From NCBI GenBank assembly GCA_016839055.1, contig JAEKNX010000014.1, positions 68,051 through 132,050 of the forward strand: DNA of 64,000 nt. The letters are read 5' to 3'. Origin of the DNA: Spirochaetales bacterium. Lineage in GTDB: Bacteria > Spirochaetota > Spirochaetia > UBA9216. The notes below the pieces were generated by a model, which searched no databases, was not told the DNA's origin, and saw nothing but the letters and a program-made list of their open reading frames with translations. Shown in pieces: positions 1 to 10,180 of the stretch; position 1 is the stretch's first letter; each line of letters begins with the position of its first letter. The position numbers and the translations under genes are program-made.

Positions 1-2
1 AG

Positions 3-3000
3 AATGAAATTATCCTGATCATTCCCGCTTCCTGCGAACAGCCGCAGCCCGGTAAATATTTCAATCGCGATGGCGGGCTCATCATTTATAACCAGTTTGC
101 GGCCGTAGTCAGCATCAATTACATCGATGAGTCCAGAGGGAATGAGGTTTTCATCCGTCTCGGCCGAGGCAAGGTATTCTTCCGACAGAAAGCTCCTCCA
201 GTGGTCATTATCGGCCGAGATCTCTGATTCAAGGTAACCGGCGGCCCGGCCTGATAGATCACGACGGGCATAATTCAGGGCTAATTTATCAGACAATGAA
301 CCTGCGCCGCTCCAGAGTTCTCTGTTTATGGTTTCCGCAGCCGCCGAGAAGAAAACCTCGTTAACGCTCATGGCAGACTGCTGATTTAATCTGGAATTAT
401 TTAGCGCGCGGGTCCTGTTGAAGGCCAGGTCTTCAAGAATGGTCGAAGCGTCAACAACAGAGAGGCCGATACCGACCATAAAAACAGGATCATCCCATTG
501 TCCGGCCGGATTCGTCCTGAACCGATTGTACCTGCAGCGCTGCCTCTGAATAAGGTTTTCATCTTCCTTGTATTTCGCACTCAGATATTCCTCAAAGCTG
601 CCGTGTATCAGCGGCCTGTATATTCTGATATCATTCTGAAGATTAAAAAGCTCGAGAAGAGAGTCTTTATCTCCGGCTGACAATCCGTTTAAACTCTCGA
701 GCCTCATCTCAAGGCTTACCGTGGTGTAATCACCATTAATAATTTTCTTCTTCAGGTGATGGAGGGCGGCCTCTGGCTCCTGATCAAGGAGGAACCAGAG
801 GCGCTCTTCGGCATCTTTCCCGCTGAAATTCTGAAGCGCCTCGGCTTCGAGCGCTGAGACCGCGCCCTTCTTATCCAGGAACCAGGAGGCAAAGGAGGCT
901 GCCTCGGCGGCAGAGTATCCTCCGTCTTCGATCATGAGGGCTCCGAGACTGTATGAAAGAATTTTTGCGTACAATCCGCCTTCAGGGAGAGATGCAAGCC
1001 TTGAGAGAGCCGGAGCCTGCTCATTAAGCGCATCATTATACCGAGCCATGTAAGAGGCATAATCGGCAGCGGTGGTATCAATCCATCCCCTTAGTGCTTC
1101 GGCGGTTTTAGAATCTCCTCCGAATATCCACTCATCTCTAAATGCCTGTTCATCATAGCCTGCACCGTCTGCTGCCGTTCGGCACTTCCAGAACAGGTTC
1201 CAGAAAAGATCTTCTCCGCCGAGGCTTCCGGGGTCAAGAAAATCAAGCGCGGTAAACCATGTTTCGAGACCGGCGTCAGGGCTGCCGCCGACGCTGCGAA
1301 GCAGAGCTTCATCTTCAGCGCTGAGGGCGAGGCCCTCTGTAAGGTCATCGAGTAGATCATCGAATGAATAGTCTTCGTCATAGAAAAGCTCTGTTTCAAA
1401 ACTATCATTTATCAACTTCAGACTGGTGAAAGCCCTAAGCATTCCGTATCCTCCGCCTTCGGCGGCACCTCTGAACTCATCGTTCCAGAGAGCCAAGGCA
1501 AGCTCTGCCGGGTCGGCCCCGCTCAACCTCGAGCTGAAGAGCGATAGTTCGGCGTCACTGTAATAACGCCCGGCCGCGGCCTCGGCCAGATTGAAACCGG
1601 CGTCCGCCCACAAAAGGGGAGCATCTGAGGCAACGAGCACATCCAGTTCCCGGAGGACGGTCTCTCCGCCGTAAAGCCAGTCAAGCTCAATATCGCCTGG
1701 CAGTCCGTCCTCGGCATTCGCCGGCATCAGGCCGTCAATTCGCTGAAGGAGCTTAAGCTGCGGAATATCAACCATGCTTCTTTTTTCCGGTATCAGTGAA
1801 AGGGCCTCATCAAAGCCGATGGAGTTCCATATGGCGGCCTGATAGATCTCCAGCCAATCCTCAGGAGCAGCGCTCCAGTCCGTAGTCTCCGGGTTTTCAA
1901 TAGCCTTCGCCAGGGAATAACTGCCTCTGGCCCGGCTCAGCATTTCATCGGTATGGGAGATGATACCGCTTTTACCCGACAACTTTATATCAATAAGATA
2001 CTCATCAAGAAGCCTGCTCCAGGACTCCGAAGAATCATCGAAGAGGGGCTCAAGAAGAGCCTTCCGTGCCAGATCGAAGCCGACGGTATCATACAGCCGG
2101 TTCTCGGCATCCGAGGCGAGTGCGGCCGGCACGCTCTTTGATTCGGCAATCATCCAAAGCTTCAGCCCGTCATCACCTCCGGCCTGAAGGCTTTTAATTA
2201 CAGCTTTGCCTTCGGCAAGGGCTGTGGAAAGACTCCTTATTTCTCCGTTCAAGCCGGTTAAATCTACCGGGATATCTCCGCCCCAGCTTGCCGCGGCCTT
2301 TAAGGACGCGTAATCTTTGAGCTCATTAATGCAGCCGCTTAAAATTTCCCTAAGGTATGACGGCAGAAAGAGATCTTCGGTTGCCTCATCAAGATGCCGA
2401 AACCAGGCCGATACCTCGGCTACAGAAGAGAAACCCCTTGAATTCCAGAGGGCATCGGGAGCCCGGAAGGTCTTTGTGCCGACATCAAGCAGTCCTTCAT
2501 CCGAAAGAAATCCGAGAAGCTCGGAATATGACTGCTCATGACTCATAAGCGAAAGTACCGGCGCCGTGGTTCTACTTTTCCTTACCGCTTCGGCAATTGC
2601 CAGCTCCTGCTGCTTTTTAGATACCCGGTCACTAAAGAGGTATGTGTATAGATCCCCCTCGGAGGCAATGAGACTGTGACCTCCGCTGAGATAGTTACCG
2701 AGGAAATTGAGCCTGTCGTCAGAATTAGAAGCAAGCAGGGCTGCCTCAAACTCATCGAGATACTCCGACAGCTCACCTGCCCTCTCAAGTTCAGCCTTCA
2801 GGCCTGCGAGTGAGTCAATAATCAGCGCAATTTCCGCGGAAACATCATTATCCGACGCCTGGCTTCCGCTCATTGATCCTATTAAAGATTTTCTATAATC
2901 CCAGATTTTCTGATATGCCTGAAATTCATCAAGCTGCCCGGGAGATTCAGGCCCGCCGGAGCTCCAGTCATAGAGAAGGAAGTCGGCCGTGCTCCCCGAA

Positions 3001-6000
3001 TTGATATGACTGTCAAAAAGCGACATGATTTCAGCATAGACACCTAGATCCTCCGTTATCGAGGGAATAAGTCCGTCCAGCGGCCCGGAATCCGGCTCTG
3101 TAACCAGGCCGTAAATATCAGAGATTGATTCTCCCTCACTGGCTTTAATACCGGGAAAATACCGGGCCGCAAAACCAATAAAATCATCTGTCGTGTGAAG
3201 CCTTATTTCGGCAAGCCGTGTTTCATAGTCGAGAGAACATTTATTTATTACTTCCCTGACAATCCGCTGCATATTCCAGAGAACTTCGGCTGGAGTTCTG
3301 CCTGCCGGATTATGATACTCATCAAAAAGCTCATTCATCTGGATATAGCGGTAATCATCGGGCTTTAGAAAAAGACTGCTTTTAAGATATTCATTAAAAT
3401 CGTTTACGAGGTTTGCCTCGCCTATAAAACAGAAAGCCGGGTTCTCACAAGCAGAATCGGTTGTAAATCCGGCTTCAGAAGAAACCATCATTCTATCATG
3501 AAGCTCCGAGAACCCCGCCGTTCCAGGGTTGAAAACCGGATCTTCATAGACCGTACTCTCGGCCCCGCTTAAAAGATATACAAGCCGTTCCGACAGGAGT
3601 GAAATTCTATCATCCAGGCCGTACTTCTGCGCGGCAAGCAGATATTCCTCGAAGGCAGTACCGAGCCCGCTCTCCTCTTTCTCGGAATCCATTCCGTATG
3701 AGGCAAGCAGTTCTCTGTAGAAGGTAAGATATTGATCAGAGAGATACTCAGGATTGCCGACAAAAAGATCAGTTACCATCTCCTTATACTCAGTCCGGGC
3801 GTCAGCAAGCCGGCTCTGATAACCGTCAATCTCAACCTGAATTGCGGCCATGCTTTCATGCTTTTCCTCGAGACCTATGCCGATATTCGCAAGGTTTTCA
3901 AGTAGTCGGTTATACTCTCCAATAATCTCATCATAGTCGGCTTTGGCCTTATTAAGCCGGGCCTTTGTTGCTTCGGCGCTTTCCTTTAAGGATGTATTAT
4001 CGGCGGCATAATCATAGACCGCCTGAGAGATCTGCTGCTGCTTCTCCCAATACTGCTTGTAGGCGCCGGCTTTCAGCAGCTCAACCTGCCAACTATCGAG
4101 ATACAGGCTCTCCCAGGCATCCCCGTCCTGAAGCAGGTCCTCGGACAGAAGGGACTGATCGAGTTCTTCCCCGTTAAAAGCTGTTCTGAGTGACCTGTCA
4201 TCAAACACTACTATCCCATAGGTTTCAGCCAGGCTTTCCTGACTACTCAGAGCATAGGACTGATAAGTGCCAAACAGCTCGGTCCAGTAGAGAGCCTCTC
4301 TCAGCGAGGCGCTCCCGGCCTGGCTTCCGGAGATAAGACCTCGGATCTTTTCAAAAATATCATCGAGAGCACTTGAGAACAGACCGAACTTTAACGCTCT
4401 TGCTGCCCCGGATAGCTGCGAGTATGACGAGTAGGAAGCGAATGCAGCCTCTTTGTCGGCCAAGCTCAGGTTCTGGGCCCAGAGCGTTTCAGCCTCCCCG
4501 CTATAATTACTCTCAAGCCAGTCCATGGCGTTGAGAATAGCGGCCTTATCGCCGAATGATGTAATGGAAGAATAGCCCTTTTCGATATTCTTACGCCTCA
4601 TTGACCAGAGATGGAAATCGACATCCCGTGAATCAAACGATCCCTTCTCTCCGCCGTCGAACTGATCCATCCAGTATTCCCAGCTCGATCGCGCGGTCCT
4701 CATCATATTGACCGACTGCAGCAGCATTCCAACCAGGTTGTCCATGCGGCTCTGAAGCGATCCCTGGCTGGACTCGATGCTTAGGTCTAGTTCGGCCAGG
4801 GCATTATCGATAACTGTCTCGAGCTCAAGACTTTCCTCGGCCCAGAGCCTGTTGCCTTCTTCGAGCGTCTGCCTGTAAGTGCTCATCCACTCCGATCGTT
4901 TTATACGCAGATTTGAAAAAGCTTCGACCCAGGCTTTTTCACCCTCGGATATTTCTTTTCCGGCCGTCTGCTCCCACTCTATCCTCTCCATCAAAAGCGC
5001 CTCCTCGGCGCCATCCCAGCGGGAAAGCCCGTCGGAGAGGAGACTCTTGAAAGATTCCTGCCACTGCCGGGCATCAATTATCCCGCCGGAAGTCTGAACC
5101 TCGCCTACTTGAACATTCAGCCCCTCTACCAGAGCGTTCATCTTTGAGTTAAGGGCAGCCTGGGTCTCAGAGATTAGTTCATTTGAAACATTGGACGCTG
5201 TCTCCTGCCCGCTCAAATGCTCGAGAGATCTCTGGTCATAGAGCCGCAGCTTTGTAAATCTGCTCTGCTCCATATAATAAAGCCGGTAGAGCTGTCTGCG
5301 GTATGACCGGCTGTAACTATCAAAATTCCCCTTATACGCGCTCTCAAGCCTGGAACGCAGCTGCGGATCGGATACGGACGCAAGCAGGTCGGCGTGAGCG
5401 GTAAGGGTCCGGTTCTGCCAGGCGGCCAGCAGATTATCAATAACCGTCTTTACGCCTTCGGTCCACAGCCGTTTCTCACCCTTGGAGACGAGGCTTTTAT
5501 TACCAAATTCATCTACCGAATAGACATCCTCATATCCGATCGTAGTTTTATAAACTATATTCCCGTCGCCATCACGTACAAGTCCGCCGCTTGAATCTCT
5601 CTCATAAAGATATTCGTAGTTAAGATTTTCAATCTCGTTATCAAGCACCCCGAGCGACGGTGGAGAGCTTTCATTAAAAAACCGACTGCTGAGCCAGGCG
5701 GCCAGCCGTTCTTCAATTATATCGTTTAACTTCTTTTCGGCTTCAGGCCTGAAGGGCGCAAGTTCAAAATCCTCCCCCATTAAAAGAAGGATCTCCTGCT
5801 CCCATTCAGAGAGCGCCGCGCTTAGACCAAAGCGTGCATAACTCAGCCATTGCTGCTGAAGCGACTGCCTGTCAGCCTTATCAAGGTAGTATTCAAGCGG
5901 AGAGGTATCAATATTATTAATAAGCTTGGATGGCTCGACTGTCTGGGCAACAACACCGTTAGATATAAAAAAGAGGATTAATACAGCGAAGATCCCCGCT

Positions 6001-6023
6001 GCTCTGAAACGGAATTTCTTCAT
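3..6023 (-). CDS. Giant secreted protein of unknown function. At least 2006 aa lie in the window and the C-terminus runs beyond the window start.
   Basis: Manual translation of the minus strand from ATG at 6021..6023 (RBS AGGATAAAAGAA upstream) gives MKKFRFRAAGIFAVLILFFISNGVVAQT... and stays open to position 3. Frame continuity with the start codon was re-checked at about 3060 and at 59..2. It is absent from the ORF track because no stop codon falls inside the window. A signal peptide is present. The sequence is W/D/E/L-rich, and no domain was recognised by eye. Confidence 0.75.
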   Translation of the reverse strand, partial: MKKFRFRAAGIFAVLILFFISNGVVAQTVEPSKLINNIDTSPLEYYLDKADRQSLQQQWLSYARFGLSAALSEWEQEILLLMGEDFELAPFRPEAEKKLNDIIEERLAAWLSSRFFNESSPPSLGVLDNEIENLNYEYLYERDSSGGLVRDGDGNIVYKTTIGYEDVYSVDEFGNKSLVSKGEKRLWTEGVKTVIDNLLAAWQNRTLTAHADLLASVSDPQLRSRLESAYKGNFDSYSRSYRRQLYRLYYMEQSRFTKLRLYDQRSLEHLSGQETASNVSNELISETQAALNSKMNALVEGLNVQVGEVQTSGGIIDARQWQESFKSLLSDGLSRWDGAEEALLMERIEWEQTAGKEISEGEKAWVEAFSNLRIKRSEWMSTYRQTLEEGNRLWAEESLELETVIDNALAELDLSIESSQGSLQSRMDNLVGMLLQSVNMMRTARSSWEYWMDQFDGGEKGSFDSRDVDFHLWSMRRKNIEKGYSSITSFGDKAAILNAMDWLESNYSGEAETLWAQNLSLADKEAAFASYSSYSQLSGAARALKFGLFSSALDDIFEKIRGLISGSQAGSASLREALYWTELFGTYQSYALSSQESLAETYGIVVFDDRSLRTAFNGEELDQSLLSEDLLQDGDAWESLYLDSWQVELLKAGAYKQYWEKQQQISQAVYDYAADNTSLKESAEATKARLNKAKADYDEIIGEYNRLLENLANIGIGLEEKHESMAAIQVEIDGYQSRLADARTEYKEMVTDLFVGNPEYLSDQYLTFYRELLASYGMDSEKEESGLGTAFEEYLLAAQKYGLDDRISLLSERLVYLLSGAESTVYEDPVFNPGTAGFSELHDRMMVSSEAGFTTDSACENPAFCFIGEANLVNDFNEYLKSSLFLKPDDYRYIQMNELFDEYHNPAGRTPAEVLWNMQRIVREVINKCSLDYETRLAEIRLHTTDDFIGFAARYFPGIKASEGESISDIYGLVTEPDSGPLDGLIPSITEDLGVYAEIMSLFDSHINSGSTADFLLYDWSSGGPESPGQLDEFQAYQKIWDYRKSLIGSMSGSQASDNDVSAEIALIIDSLAGLKAELERAGELSEYLDEFEAALLASNSDDRLNFLGNYLSGGHSLIASEGDLYTYLFSDRVSKKQQELAIAEAVRKSRTTAPVLSLMSHEQSYSELLGFLSDEGLLDVGTKTFRAPDALWNSRGFSSVAEVSAWFRHLDEATEDLFLPSYLREILSGCINELKDYASLKAAASWGGDIPVDLTGLNGEIRSLSTALAEGKAVIKSLQAGGDDGLKLWMIAESKSVPAALASDAENRLYDTVGFDLARKALLEPLFDDSSESWSRLLDEYLIDIKLSGKSGIISHTDEMLSRARGSYSLAKAIENPETTDWSAAPEDWLEIYQAAIWNSIGFDEALSLIPEKRSMVDIPQLKLLQRIDGLMPANAEDGLPGDIELDWLYGGETVLRELDVLVASDAPLLWADAGFNLAEAAAGRYYSDAELSLFSSRLSGADPAELALALWNDEFRGAAEGGGYGMLRAFTSLKLINDSFETELFYDEDYSFDDLLDDLTEGLALSAEDEALLRSVGGSPDAGLETWFTALDFLDPGSLGGEDLFWNLFWKCRTAADGAGYDEQAFRDEWIFGGDSKTAEALRGWIDTTAADYASYMARYNDALNEQAPALSRLASLPEGGLYAKILSYSLGALMIEDGGYSAAEAASFASWFLDKKGAVSALEAEALQNFSGKDAEERLWFLLDQEPEAALHHLKKKIINGDYTTVSLEMRLESLNGLSAGDKDSLLELFNLQNDIRIYRPLIHGSFEEYLSAKYKEDENLIQRQRCRYNRFRTNPAGQWDDPVFMVGIGLSVVDASTILEDLAFNRTRALNNSRLNQQSAMSVNEVFFSAAAETINRELWSGAGSLSDKLALNYARRDLSGRAAGYLESEISADNDHWRSFLSEEYLASAETDENLIPSGLIDVIDADYGRKLVINDEPAIAIEIFTGLRLFAGSGNDQDNFI

Positions 6024-6296
6024 TTCTTTTATCCTTTGCTAAATATACTTTTAAATTGGTGTTAATTAATGTGACGTTGCCTATAAGATCAGAATATCAC
6101 GACTATACAAAGAATACAATTTTTTTTATCTCTCTATTTTTTTATCTCTCTACAGCAATTCCGATATGTTGAATAGTTTTAATTTCCACTTCAGGGAAGT
6201 CATTGGTTCTGAATGCAGCCGGGTCTGTAATTTTTTTTACTCCCGGCTGAATCAACGTGAAAAAAACCGCGTTTAATATAACAGGAGCATTTTAAT

Positions 6297-6983
6297 ATGA
6301 AGTTATCACGGAAACAGCGAAGACGGGCCTTAATACTGCTTCCTCTTTCAGCGGCGGCATCAATACTAATCTTCATCATCCTGAACCTTCCTGATGAGCC
6401 TGACGAAACTGAAATTGAACTGTATTTCAGAGCGGTAAGTGCCTATGAGGCCGGAAATCTCGAACTTGCCGTTAGATTGACCGAAACGCTGTCTAAGGGG
6501 ACCCCTTCATTTTTCCAGGCAAGGCTGCTGCTGGCAAAAGCCCTCTTTTTTTCGGACAGATGGGATGAAGCCGCAGGTATTCTATCAAGACTCCTGGATG
6601 ATTTTGAAAATTATACTGAAGCTGAAATATGGCTGATGCGTACCAGTATTCAGCAGGGCGATCTCCAAGCCGCAGGCTTTCGGGGAGAGAATATGCTTTC
6701 GAGGGCACCAGGAGATCCCCGCGTACTCGGCATGCTTGCAAGGATAGCCGAGACAGAAAACGATTACCAGAGAGCTATTGAATACTACAGCCGGGCAATC
6801 CTTTTCGAGGAAGAACTGGCAGTCAACCGGATAGAGCTTGCCAAAATATACAGTTCCCTCCTGAACCATGACGAGGCGTTTAAACATCTTGAAAAGTCGC
6901 TCGTTCTGCTCTCGGATGACAGTCCTCTCCGGCCTGGAATAATATCACTTCTTAAAAACTATAAAGGAGGAGAACCAAAATGA
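6297..6983 (+). CDS. TPR-repeat protein with an N-terminal membrane anchor. First gene of the efflux operon.
   Basis: ATG with RBS ACAGGAG upstream. TPR-like repeats such as AVSAYEAGNLELAV and YQRAIEYYSRAI. It overlaps the next gene by 4 nt. Confidence 0.6.
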   Translation: MKLSRKQRRRALILLPLSAAASILIFIILNLPDEPDETEIELYFRAVSAYEAGNLELAVRLTETLSKGTPSFFQARLLLAKALFFSDRWDEAAGILSRLLDDFENYTEAEIWLMRTSIQQGDLQAAGFRGENMLSRAPGDPRVLGMLARIAETENDYQRAIEYYSRAILFEEELAVNRIELAKIYSSLLNHDEAFKHLEKSLVLLSDDSPLRPGIISLLKNYKGGEPK

Positions 6984-7438
6984 AAAAAATACTCCTGTTT
7001 CTGCTTCCGGCAGTGCTGCTCTCCTGCGCAGGCCTTCAGCACAGGAAGGCTCTTTCGGTTTACGGTACTCTGGATCCTGAAGTTCCCGTCTACCTCCGAG
7101 AAATAAAGCTGGAGCCAGAACTCATTTTAAGCGGGATATCAGCTGAACTGCCAAAGCTCATAGAAAGCCTTCTTTCCTCAAAGGGTTTCAAGCTCGCAGA
7201 ATCTCCGGAGAACAAAACAGCCGTACTCGACATCTTCCTTTACCGCGAAAATTATCAGCACGACTTCAGCACTATCGAATCGGTAACACTGACTTTAAGC
7301 CTCTACTATAATGATAGGATCTTGGTTTATCTTCTGTACACGGAGGATACAGACAAGAGCCTGGATTCCTTTTCATGGACCTTCTCTCTGCTTGAGAAGA
7401 ACATTACAGATCTGGCCGCAGCGGTTCATGAAAAATAG
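6980..7438 (+). CDS. Small lipoprotein.
   Basis: Signal peptide plus lipobox LLSCAG. ATGA overlap with the upstream gene. Confidence 0.55.
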   Translation: MKKILLFLLPAVLLSCAGLQHRKALSVYGTLDPEVPVYLREIKLEPELILSGISAELPKLIESLLSSKGFKLAESPENKTAVLDIFLYRENYQHDFSTIESVTLTLSLYYNDRILVYLLYTEDTDKSLDSFSWTFSLLEKNITDLAAAVHEK

Positions 7439-8831
7439 GCTTATCCTCCTTATTTTTATAATTCCCGTTTTTCCGCTGCCTTCGATGGATATCAATCTGG
7501 CGGCCGCCGAGAGGTTTGCCCTCGAGGCATCAAAACCAATTAGAAACGGGCGGCAGCAGCTTAATTTAATGGCCTTAAACTCGAGTCTTGAGTTACGCAA
7601 TTTCCTGCCCCAGATTGAGATAAATTACTCAGACAGCCGCCAGGTAACGACTTACGCGCCCGATTCAGACAGTCTTCAGCTGGGCATAGATATTACTCAG
7701 CCCATTTTTGACGGAGGACGAGAGATCAAGTCCCGAACTTTAGCCGATATCCAGCTTCATCTACAGGCTGCCATACTCGAACAGCAGATCGAAGAACTCC
7801 GAGATCAGGTCTGGCAGCTGTTCTACGGCCTTCTCCTGAACCGCGAAAAACTCGTTCTTCAGAGGGAACTTCTCGACATATCCAGCCTGCAGCTGGCAAT
7901 ATCACTGAAAAAATTTGAACTCGGTTCACTCACCGAACTCGATTATCTTGAAGCGGCTATTGAAGTCCAGAATATGGAATTGGGGATACTTGAAACCGAG
8001 AACCAGGGAATGTCTTTAAGGCAAGACTTTGCCCAGCTGCTGGGCTTTGAGCCCCGCTATTTTTCTTTTACCCCCCTCAATTTAAAAGGGGATGTAAACA
8101 GGGAATACATGGGGCTTCCTCTCAGAATGGATGAGCTCCAGGTTTACGAGGATCTGGCCTTACGAGAAAACCTAGAGCTCTCTAAAAAAAAAGCCGATCT
8201 TAACCAGCTCAAGGCTGAACTCGAGATTATCCGCGCCTCATGGATTCCGAACCTTGCACTCGAAGCGTCATTCTTCCTGAGGGGCACAAGGTTTCCTCTT
8301 CAGCAGCCGGGCTACACACTTGCTCTAAAAATTGACTTTCCCTTTAACACTCTGCCCTCGGGACTCACCTTCGGGGGAGGACCTCAGAGTACCCTGCAGA
8401 ACTCCAGGTCAGCCAGCGGCAGAAGCAGCCTTATGCCGGATCTCGCATTCATCATCAACGAAAAATCAGCGTCTCTGAAGCTGATGCAGGCGGGAGAGGG
8501 CCTTGATGATTCGATTACCGCGATTGAACGTTCGGTTTATTCAAGCCTGGAAAAATTAAAACAAAAGAGACTCAGCCTAAACCTGAGAAGAAGCACCCAG
8601 GATCTTCAGGCTAAAAGAATGAAAATACTACAGACCCGGAGCCTGATGGGCGAGGTTACTGAGCAGGAGTTACTCAAGACACGGATTGAGTATTACGAGA
8701 AGGAGATAAACATCAGGGAAGCTGTCCTCGATCTGCTCCTCTGCGAACGTGAATTTGAACAACTCCTCGGCCTCGGACTCGGAGAACTCTCAGAGGTTTC
8801 AAAAGTGATAGAGAAAGGAGACCGTCTATGA
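7428..8831 (+). CDS. TolC-family outer-membrane efflux channel.
   Basis: Start trimmed to ATG 7428 (MKNRLILLIFIIPVF). The track start 7311 would overlap the upstream gene by 128 nt. The coiled-coil and beta-barrel repeat pattern is typical of TolC/OprM. Confidence 0.65.
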   Translation: MKNRLILLIFIIPVFPLPSMDINLAAAERFALEASKPIRNGRQQLNLMALNSSLELRNFLPQIEINYSDSRQVTTYAPDSDSLQLGIDITQPIFDGGREIKSRTLADIQLHLQAAILEQQIEELRDQVWQLFYGLLLNREKLVLQRELLDISSLQLAISLKKFELGSLTELDYLEAAIEVQNMELGILETENQGMSLRQDFAQLLGFEPRYFSFTPLNLKGDVNREYMGLPLRMDELQVYEDLALRENLELSKKKADLNQLKAELEIIRASWIPNLALEASFFLRGTRFPLQQPGYTLALKIDFPFNTLPSGLTFGGGPQSTLQNSRSASGRSSLMPDLAFIINEKSASLKLMQAGEGLDDSITAIERSVYSSLEKLKQKRLSLNLRRSTQDLQAKRMKILQTRSLMGEVTEQELLKTRIEYYEKEINIREAVLDLLLCEREFEQLLGLGLGELSEVSKVIEKGDRL

Positions 8832-10180
8832 AAAAGATAAGTTCGAGACTGCTCTCTGCCGTGCTTATGATGATTCTGCTTACAGGTTCCTGCGGAACCG
8901 AAAAAAAACAAACCGAAGACAAGGCTCCGCCGAGGGAAGTCACCACCTACCGGACCGAGACAAAACAGATGCAGCCGGTACTCGAGGGATTTGGAAACCT
9001 GTCTTTCAGGCATAAGGCCGACATCACCGCAGCGGTTGACGGAACGCTCAAAACAATTCTTGCCGAGGAGGGAGACTCCGTTAAAAGGGAAACAATACTT
9101 GCAGGACTCTACAACATCCAGCTTACAATCAGAGCCGAGCAGGCTGACGCGGCGCTGTTTTCGGCAGAATCAGCATATGAGCTCGCCGAGAACCGGTACA
9201 GGGAAGGCAGGCTTCAGGTTGAAAGCAGGCTTATCTCACTCGAAAAATCTAATCTTAATCTGAAGCAGAAGGAGGCAGAACTCGAATATCAGAGAACTCT
9301 GCTCAAGAATAAAAAAGAGCTGCACTCCCTCGGCGGGATTACCGAGGAGGAGCTCAAATCGATGAAACTCGCGTTTTCAGCCCTCGAAACCGAGGTTCTG
9401 GTCCTAAAAAAGGATATCCAGATTCAGAAAATCGGCTTCAGGGATGAAGATATAGAATCCTTCGGTTACCCTCTTTCCTTAAGCCCCGGAGAGAGGCGTA
9501 AAATCATCATCGATATAAACTCACTCAGCCTTCTGTCGGAACTGAAAGTTGCTGAAGCGAGAGTTAAGTCAGCCGTCACCGAATACCATTCCGCCGAAGC
9601 CCTGCTTGGCGAAATGGTGCTTCGATCACCCATAGACGGTATTGTCGGCGCAAAGTACATGGAGACCGGAGAGAGGGTCAAATCCGACAGCAAGGTCTTT
9701 ACAATCTTCGACTCCTCCGAGGTTGATTTCGTGTTCTCGGTTCCCGAAGAGATAGGCGTGCTTCTTACTGACGGCCAGGATGTCAGTCTCAGTATCGACG
9801 CGGTCAAGGATGCGCATTTCACGGCCCGGATAAGACTGATAAGTCCAACAATCGATCCTAAAAGCGGAAATATCATCGTAAAAGCCCGGCTCAACAACGC
9901 TGAGGGAGAATTCAAGCCCGGCATGTTCGCGCGCTTCTCACTAAACTACGGAAAACAGGCAGAGGTCCTTCTCATTCCTCCCGAAGCGCTCGCCCGGAAA
10001 GACGGCGGAAGGGGGACAGTGTTCAAAATCAGGGGCAGACGAGTGTATCCGGTTAACATCACCCTTGGTAATGAGTCCGGCGGATACCAGGAGGTGACCG
10101 GCGGACTGCTATCGGGCGACACCGTCGTTCTTAACCCGTCACCGATGCTGCAGGAAGGGGAGGAAATCAATGTCAAATAA
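8828..10180 (+). CDS. RND/HlyD-family periplasmic adaptor (membrane fusion lipoprotein).
   Basis: Lipobox LLTGSCG. Long coiled-coil region and C-terminal beta-barrel domains. 4-nt overlap with the tolC-like gene. Confidence 0.7.
   Translation: MKKISSRLLSAVLMMILLTGSCGTEKKQTEDKAPPREVTTYRTETKQMQPVLEGFGNLSFRHKADITAAVDGTLKTILAEEGDSVKRETILAGLYNIQLTIRAEQADAALFSAESAYELAENRYREGRLQVESRLISLEKSNLNLKQKEAELEYQRTLLKNKKELHSLGGITEEELKSMKLAFSALETEVLVLKKDIQIQKIGFRDEDIESFGYPLSLSPGERRKIIIDINSLSLLSELKVAEARVKSAVTEYHSAEALLGEMVLRSPIDGIVGAKYMETGERVKSDSKVFTIFDSSEVDFVFSVPEEIGVLLTDGQDVSLSIDAVKDAHFTARIRLISPTIDPKSGNIIVKARLNNAEGEFKPGMFARFSLNYGKQAEVLLIPPEALARKDGGRGTVFKIRGRRVYPVNITLGNESGGYQEVTGGLLSGDTVVLNPSPMLQEGEEINVK

Noticed and set aside
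498-5594. About 15 small ORFs (60 to 105 aa) on both strands listed in the track across the first 6 kb.
   Set aside because: They all lie out of frame inside the >2000-codon minus-strand giant ORF. They are shadow ORFs with no start or RBS context.
7311-7427. N-terminal extension of the TolC-like ORF given in the track.
   Set aside because: The extension overlaps the upstream gene by 128 nt in another frame. An ATG at 7428 followed by a signal-peptide-like sequence fits much better.
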